DNA from: Candidatus Scatovivens sp.
GTDB lineage: Bacteria > Bacillota > Clostridia > TANB77 > CAG-508
Assembly (NCBI GenBank): GCA_045602645.1
Contig: JAZSBZ010000085.1
Coordinates: forward strand, 1-42,232
Length of the DNA: 42,232 nt
Reading direction: 5' to 3'
Shown here: in pieces, positions 37,153 through 42,232 of the stretch
Numbering within the stretch: the first letter of the stretch is position 1
Layout: each line of letters starts with the position of its first letter
Notes under the pieces: generated by a model
Databases searched by the model: none
Told to the model about the DNA's origin: nothing
Seen by the model: only the letters and a program-made list of their open reading frames with translations
Made by a program: the position numbers and the translations under genes

Positions 37153-37581
37153 TTATTCTTCTACAGTTACACCCATTGATCTACCTGTACCTGCAACCAT
37201 GCTCATTGCAGCTTCTACTGATGCTGCGTTTAAGTCTTCCATTTTTTGTTCTGCAATTGCTTTAACTTGATCTTTAGTTAATTTAGCAACTTTCTCTTTA
37301 TTTGGTTTTCCAGAACCACTTTTAATTCCTAATGCTTTTTTGATTAAAACTGCAACTGGTGGAACTTTTGTAATAAATGAGAATGTTTTATCTTTATATA
37401 CAGAAATTACAACTGGAATGATCATTCCTGGTTGATTAGCTGTTCTATCATTGAATTCTTTAACGAATTGCATGATATTAACACCTGATGAACCTAAAGC
37501 TGGACCAACTGGTGGAGCTGGTGTTGCTTTACCTGCTTCTATTTGTAATTTAATAACATTTACAACTTCTTTCTCTGCCAT
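37153..37581 (-). CDS. rplK: 50S ribosomal protein L11
   Basis: [21 protein letters not shown] is the canonical L11 N-terminus. Confidence 0.97.
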   Translation of the reverse strand: MAEKEVVNVIKLQIEAGKATPAPPVGPALGSSGVNIMQFVKEFNDRTANQPGMIIPVVISVYKDKTFSFITKVPPVAVLIKKALGIKSGSGKPNKEKVAKLTKDQVKAIAEQKMEDLNAASVEAAMSMVAGTGRSMGVTVEE

Positions 37582-37601
37582 TTCGAACTAGCACCTCCTT
37601 C

Positions 37602-38138
37602 TTAATTAACTTTTTGAACTTGTGAAAATTCTAATTCTACTGGAGTTTCTCTTCCAAACATAGAAACTAGAACCTTAACTTTTTGTTTTTCTTTATTTAT
37701 TTCTTGAACTGCTCCAACAAAACCTTCTAATGGTCCGTTAACAACTTGTACAGTATCATTAACGTCATAATCAATGTTTACTGGAACTGCATCAAATCCC
37801 ATATTTCTGATTTCAGCATCTGTAAGAGGAATAGGATCTGTTCCTGAACCAACAAAACCTGTAACACCTCTTGTATTTCTTACGATATACCAAGACTCTT
37901 CTGTTACTATCATTTTAATAAGAACATAACCTGGAAATACTTTTTTAAGATTAGTTTTTCTTTTTCCATCTTTAATTTCAACTTGCTCTTCCATAGGAAC
38001 AACAATGTTAAAGAAGAAATCTTCTAGTTCTCTATTTTTGATTGTTTTCTCTAAGTCTGTTTTTACTTTATTTTCATAACCTGAATATGTATGAACTACA
38101 TACCATTTTGGTTCAACTTTATTCTCTTCTTGAGACAT
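37602..38138 (-). CDS. nusG: transcription termination/antitermination factor NusG
   Basis: NGN domain (KWYVVHTYSGYENKV) and KOW motif (VVNGPLEGFVGAVQEI). Confidence 0.95.
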   Translation of the reverse strand: MSQEENKVEPKWYVVHTYSGYENKVKTDLEKTIKNRELEDFFFNIVVPMEEQVEIKDGKRKTNLKKVFPGYVLIKMIVTEESWYIVRNTRGVTGFVGSGTDPIPLTDAEIRNMGFDAVPVNIDYDVNDTVQVVNGPLEGFVGAVQEINKEKQKVKVLVSMFGRETPVELEFSQVQKVN

Positions 38139-38174
38139 AGTTTAGCCTCCTCTTAAATACTTTCTTATTTAATT

Positions 38175-38591
38175 CTATTCTACAGAATTTGTAGTATCAT
38201 TTGTAGCTTCGTTTGTTGTGTTTGTTGTTTCTTCTGCAGTGTTTGTGCTATCTGTTGCTTCCGCTTCATTAGAAGTTTCAGTAGCTGCATCTTCACTGTG
38301 ATCATGTTCTTCAACAACTTCACTTGAGCTAGATGTAACTAGGGCTTTTAGTTTTTCTACACCAAATTGATTTAAACTTTCAAATATAACATCTAGTACG
38401 AATACTATTGCTGCAATTAAAAGCACAATTGCAATAACTGCTGATGTATTATTGATAAGTTGTTTTTTTGTAGGCCAACTAACTCTTTTTAATTCTGCTT
38501 TAAAATCTTTGAAAAAGCTTTTATTTTCCTTCTTCTCTGTTTTTGTTACTTTTTTTTCTTTTTTTACTTCTTTATTATTTTCTTTAGCCAT
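38175..38591 (-). CDS. secE: preprotein translocase subunit SecE with long Thr/Asn/Glu-rich C-terminal extension
   Basis: SecE core FFKDFKAELKRVSWPTKKQL plus one TM, in the conserved position between rpmG and nusG. About 65 extra residues follow the TM. Confidence 0.85.
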   Translation of the reverse strand: MAKENNKEVKKEKKVTKTEKKENKSFFKDFKAELKRVSWPTKKQLINNTSAVIAIVLLIAAIVFVLDVIFESLNQFGVEKLKALVTSSSSEVVEEHDHSEDAATETSNEAEATDSTNTAEETTNTTNEATNDTTNSVE

Positions 38592-38615
38592 CTTAACTCC
38601 TCCTAATAGATTTAA

Positions 38616-38780
38616 CTATTTTGTTTCTTTATGAGTTGTACGTTTTTTGCAGAATTTACAATATTTAACTACTTCTAGTCTTTCTGTATTGTTTCTTTTA
38701 TTTTTTGATGTCATATAATTTCTTCTTTTACATTCTGTACATTCTAATATAATGTTTTCTCTTGGACCTTTTGCCGCCAT
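38616..38780 (-). CDS. rpmG: 50S ribosomal protein L33
   Basis: [22 protein letters not shown]...[19 protein letters not shown] 38780 follows GGAGGTG. The ORF-track start at 38867 is an upstream extension. Confidence 0.93.
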   Translation of the reverse strand: MAAKGPRENIILECTECKRRNYMTSKNKRNNTERLEVVKYCKFCKKRTTHKETK

Positions 38781-38880
38781 TCTAACTACACCTCCGTTTT
38801 CACTAATATGAAGCTTTAATTTTTTATATTTATAATTTTTTAACGATGTGATGCATGTTTTTCTCAATACATGCTTATAT

Positions 38881-38910
38881 AGTTTACCACAAAAACACGC
38901 TAAATGTCAA
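38881..38910 (-). promoter_or_regulatory. extended -10 promoter of the rpmG-secE-nusG-rplKA cluster
   Basis: Minus strand reads TTGACA, 18 nt (ending TGG), TAAACT. Confidence 0.55.
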
Positions 38911-39108
38911 CTATTTTCATAGATTTTTTTATGTTTTTTTAACATTTTTCTACTTATATTATTTAGAAAAAAATAATCAAAAGATTTTGCTTAAAAAACT
39001 ATATAATTAAAAGACAAAAATATGATTTTATTACATAAATTTGTCTTCTAACATCCCATTTATAAACCTTTTAAAGCTTTTTTATAATTTAAAAATTTAT
39101 AAACTAAT

Positions 39109-39801
39109 TTATTTATGCCTTCTCATTGGCTTTGGATCTTTTTTTCCAATCCTCTTTCGTGGCTTTGGTTTAAGTTCAATAGAATCATCTTTTTGAGATT
39201 TCTTATGTTTTCTTGGTACAACGTTAAATATCTCTGTCTTTTTCTTTTTTTCAACTGAATAACCAAATTTGCCAACTTTATCTCCAAGTGAATAATATCC
39301 ACCATTTGCATATGCTACTAAATCACACTTAGAAATATCAAAAGCACCTTTTTCATCTATATATTTCTCATCAGCATTAATACATAATACTTCAGCAATA
39401 AATGTTGTATGAGAACCATATTCTTTTTCTTCAATGACTCTACATTCAACAGATACTGGTGATTCTTTAATTAAAGGTGCTGAAACATAATTTGCTTTTT
39501 CTTTAGTTAAATTCATTTCTTTAAATTTATCAAAATTAGCACCACTTTTAACACCACACCAATCTGTTGCATATGTTAAATCTTCTGTTGTTAAGTTAAT
39601 AACAAACTCTTTTTTATCTTTAATTATATTATATGAATATCTCTCTGGTCTTACGGAAATATACACAATTGCAGGATTTGTATTCAAAATTCCAGTCCAA
39701 GCAACTGTAATAATATTAGAATTTTCCATATCACCACAAGAAACCATTACTGCTGGTATCGGATAAATAAACGTACCAGGTTTCCATACTACTTTTCCCA
39801 A
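39109..39801 (-). CDS. flavin reductase-family (FMN-binding split-barrel) protein with Lys/Arg/Pro-rich C-terminal tail
   Basis: Typical IYPIPAVMVSCGD...NIITVAWTG...PAIVYISVRP pattern. The start is TTG, immediately after the upstream TAA. The last about 45 aa are strongly basic. Confidence 0.75.
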   Translation of the reverse strand: MGKVVWKPGTFIYPIPAVMVSCGDMENSNIITVAWTGILNTNPAIVYISVRPERYSYNIIKDKKEFVINLTTEDLTYATDWCGVKSGANFDKFKEMNLTKEKANYVSAPLIKESPVSVECRVIEEKEYGSHTTFIAEVLCINADEKYIDEKGAFDISKCDLVAYANGGYYSLGDKVGKFGYSVEKKKKTEIFNVVPRKHKKSQKDDSIELKPKPRKRIGKKDPKPMRRHK

Positions 39802-41466
39802 TTATACTCTTTCTCCATCTTCATTTTGTTTATCAAAATCATATTCACCTTTAGTAACATCTCTAACTATTCCTAAATGTTTACTCATAAGCTCTGTTGA
39901 TTTACAGTAAGCTTCAAAATTCTCAAATGTTCTTCTTCCAATTCTACCTGGAAATCTTTGAGCATACATTAAAGCTTCTATATCATAAGGATTATATGTA
40001 TAGCTTGAATCTAATGTAATTCCAGAACCATATTGTGTTGTTTTAACACCACCAGCAAATCTATGATTACTTTCTATTGCACCTTCAAGAACTCTATCTG
40101 AAAAAGCTACTTTTGCATAATAATCAGCTTGACTTGGATCTATCTTATCAGTTAGAACCATATGCATAATACCTCTTTCTTTTACATATCTATAATAGCT
40201 ACTTCTTTCGCTATATCCATCCTTTTTAAGTCTATCTAACCTTTGTTGTGTTTCATGATCAATAATTTCAGTTTCTCTGCCATTAAGCATGAATTTTCTT
40301 TCTTGGTCAACTCCTGGAACAAATTCAGCAGCTGTTTTTAATTTTAATTCACTAAATGGTGCAACAACAAAATATGTATGTACTCCATCTTTTCCCATAC
40401 GAGTAACACCAACTAAATCTAAAGCTTCTGAAGCAATAGTTGGATTGCCATCTCTATTAAACATTGTTCCATAATTGAATTTACCATAACTTACAGCTAC
40501 AACTCTTTGATTAGCCTCGCCTGTTGGTGTATATTCTGCAACTGTATCTAAAATTACTTTAGGTTCTCTTAATTCTCTAACTGACCATGTAAAAGTACCT
40601 TCTCTTGATGGTCTTCTTTTTTTATTTTCAAATAAAACTGATTCAATACCTTGCTCTTTAGCTCTTTTAAATTGTTCTGGAGTAAATCCAAGTGTTAATT
40701 CTGATGCAATAACTCTATCTCTTTTAACTCCAAGTTTAGCTGCTAAAGCTTGTTTTTCCATATATGCTCTTATTTTCTCATTATATGCTCCAATATAATC
40801 ATCATATTGTCCCATTTTATTTTTATCAACTAAAGTATTAGCAGCATACATTAGTAAATCAGCTTCTTCAATATAAATTGTTGCTCTATTTGGGAATCTT
40901 TTTCTTATTTCATTATTAATTCTAGGATAATAAGCACCTTTAAATATTAAATTTCTATTATCTAATAAAAAGTTTTTTATTGATCCATCTGGATCTTGCT
41001 TATCTTCAATTGCTTTTTCATATTTTTTAATAATACTTCCAACAACAACATTTAATAATGATTCATACTCTTGTTCAAAGCCAACATTTCTTCTAGTAAT
41101 GTCTTTTTCTTTAACTGAAGTAACATATTTATTTTCATTATCTTTTAAATATTTAACACATTCATCCATAGTTTTAAAATTAAATTTTCTAGGATTAATA
41201 TTATTAAAGTCAGTTACTGTAACAAATTGTTCTCCTGTTGTAAGTACATTATCAATTCCAGATGTGATTTTTTCAAAAACTAAATCAAAAGTTTGATTAC
41301 CAAATTTAATTTCATCTAAATCTCCAGATCCTGATACTTTTAATGCATTACAAATTAATCCAGTTGTTGAAAAATCAGTAATACCAACTCTTCCTAAAAT
41401 ATCATATAAAGATTTTCCTTGACCTATAAAGTCATACATGTCTCTAGTTACTGCTTTTATAGCCAT
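39802..41466 (-). CDS. 554-aa hypothetical cytoplasmic protein (orphan)
   Basis: Long ORF with host-like composition. ATG 41466 (MAIKAVTRDMYDF...) follows a TGAGGT SD. The predicted -10 (41533-41538) lies upstream of the ORF-track start, which would leave essentially no 5' UTR or SD for ATG 41529 and favours the 41466 start. Confidence 0.7.
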   Translation of the reverse strand: MAIKAVTRDMYDFIGQGKSLYDILGRVGITDFSTTGLICNALKVSGSGDLDEIKFGNQTFDLVFEKITSGIDNVLTTGEQFVTVTDFNNINPRKFNFKTMDECVKYLKDNENKYVTSVKEKDITRRNVGFEQEYESLLNVVVGSIIKKYEKAIEDKQDPDGSIKNFLLDNRNLIFKGAYYPRINNEIRKRFPNRATIYIEEADLLMYAANTLVDKNKMGQYDDYIGAYNEKIRAYMEKQALAAKLGVKRDRVIASELTLGFTPEQFKRAKEQGIESVLFENKKRRPSREGTFTWSVRELREPKVILDTVAEYTPTGEANQRVVAVSYGKFNYGTMFNRDGNPTIASEALDLVGVTRMGKDGVHTYFVVAPFSELKLKTAAEFVPGVDQERKFMLNGRETEIIDHETQQRLDRLKKDGYSERSSYYRYVKERGIMHMVLTDKIDPSQADYYAKVAFSDRVLEGAIESNHRFAGGVKTTQYGSGITLDSSYTYNPYDIEALMYAQRFPGRIGRRTFENFEAYCKSTELMSKHLGIVRDVTKGEYDFDKQNEDGERV

Positions 41467-41532
41467 ACTTTTGTACCTCATTTTTCCCAAATTAATACAA
41501 TTATCCATATTAATTAAATTATTACACACTAA

Positions 41533-41560
41533 ATTATATCATAAGCAATATTTTTTTCAA
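41533..41560 (-). promoter_or_regulatory. extended -10 promoter of the 554-aa/flavin-reductase pair
   Basis: Minus strand reads TTGAAA, 16 nt (ending TGA), TATAAT. Confidence 0.5.
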
Positions 41561-41673
41561 GCTAATTTAATATTATATTGTAAAAAAAATCGCCTTATTT
41601 TTCATTCTAAAGCGTCGAATTTGTTGCATATTAAGCAACACATGCAATCCTAGCTTTTAATTATTATTATACA

Positions 41674-41700
41674 TAAAAAAAAGACTACTTACTGTAGTCT
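41674..41700 (-). terminator. intrinsic terminator of the rRNA/tRNA operon
   Basis: AGACTAC/GTAGTCT stem followed by an 8-T run on the minus strand, 3 nt after the tRNA CCA end. Confidence 0.8.
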
Positions 41701-41703
41701 TTT

Positions 41704-41779
41704 TGGCTCCTCTTGTTGGACTCGAACCAACGACCTATCGGTTAACAGCCGAGCGCTCTACCAACTGAGCTAAAGAGGA
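41704..41779 (-). tRNA. tRNA-Asn (anticodon GTT), CCA encoded
   Basis: The reverse complement folds as a cloverleaf: acceptor TCCTCTT/AAGAGGA, anticodon loop CTGTTAA, T-arm GTTGG-TTCGAGT-CCAAC, and 3' GCCA. Confidence 0.95.
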
Positions 41780-41788
41780 ATATAAAAA

Positions 41789-41903
41789 CTGGCGACTTCC
41801 TATTTTCCCAACAAGGTAACTCGTAAGTATCTTCGGCACTAAGGAGCTTGACTTCTGTGTTCGGCATGGGAACAGGTATTTCCTCCTCGTTATTATCACC
41901 AGA
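41789..41903 (-). rRNA. rrf: 5S ribosomal RNA
   Basis: The reverse complement contains CCTGTTCCCATGCCGAACACAGAAGTCAAGC and ends ...GGAAGTCGCCAG. Length is about 115 nt. Confidence 0.93.
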
Positions 41904-41979
41904 AATTTTTGTATACTACTTTTTCATAGCACACTCAAAAATACATAGATAAATGTTACTCTTCGTCAGATAGAGCAAA

Positions 41980-42232
41980 ACTTGTGGTTAAGCCCTCGAT
42001 CTATTAGTAATGGTCAGCTACATGTATCACTACACTTCTACCTCCATCCTATCAACCAGGTCGTCTTCCTGGAATCTTACTATCTTACGATATGGGATAT
42101 CTTATCTTAGGGTGGGCTTCACACTTAGATGCTTTCAGCGTTTATCCCGTCCATACTTAGCTACTCAGCCGTGCCACTGGTGTGACAACTGATACACCAT
42201 CGGTATGTCCATCCTGGTCCTCTCGTACTAAG
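41980..42232 (-). rRNA. rrl: 23S ribosomal RNA, 3'-terminal part (continues beyond window)
   Basis: The reverse complement reads CTTAGTACGAGAGGACCAGGATGGACATACC...GCTGAAAGCATCTAAGTGTGAAGCCCACC..., which is the conserved 23S domain VI. The 3'-end position is approximate. Confidence 0.9.

Noticed and set aside
1-42232. Searched by eye for CRISPR arrays, IS or transposase genes, integrases, toxin-antitoxin pairs, restriction-modification genes and other named defence genes
   Set aside because: I found no direct-repeat/spacer array, no DDE, tyrosine or serine recombinase motifs, and no methyltransferase or nuclease motifs apart from RusA. Absence by eye is not proof.

Overview
A 42.2-kb chromosomal window from a very AT-rich (under about 30% GC by eye), endospore-forming Firmicute, probably Clostridia-like. 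Almost everything is on the minus strand. Recognisable core genes: split TauE/SafE, rarA, ruvA, rplM-rpsI (plus strand), an MBL hydrolase, mntP, a radical-SAM/SPASM gene, tyrA, and a tandem-duplicated phosphoglycosyl transferase. There is a sporulation neighbourhood (frameshifted spoVB-like flippase, yunB, a DUF3794/LysM protein, veg, spoIIID), plus rusA, an LD-carboxypeptidase and a zinc ABC transporter. The rpmG-secE-nusG-rplK-rplA-rplJ-rplL cluster is present, and the window ends with tRNA-Asn, 5S and the 3' end of 23S rRNA. I found no CRISPR array, IS element, integrase or recognisable defence gene. The best candidates for undescribed biology are three self-contained orphan gene pairs. (1) A truncated ProA-like pseudoenzyme followed by a 1740-aa cytoplasmic giant protein (3315-9445). 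(2) An LRR-like/transglutaminase-core protein overlapping a small acidic partner, directly upstream of spoIIID (22647-24837). (3) A 554-aa orphan whose stop codon abuts the TTG start of a flavin reductase carrying a polybasic tail (39109-41466). There are also two compositionally foreign insertions: a GC-rich membrane pyrophosphatase island (about 24.9-27.4 kb), and a single foreign gene sitting after rplL where rpoB would be expected. All functional calls rest on reading the translations against remembered family motifs. No database search was possible.
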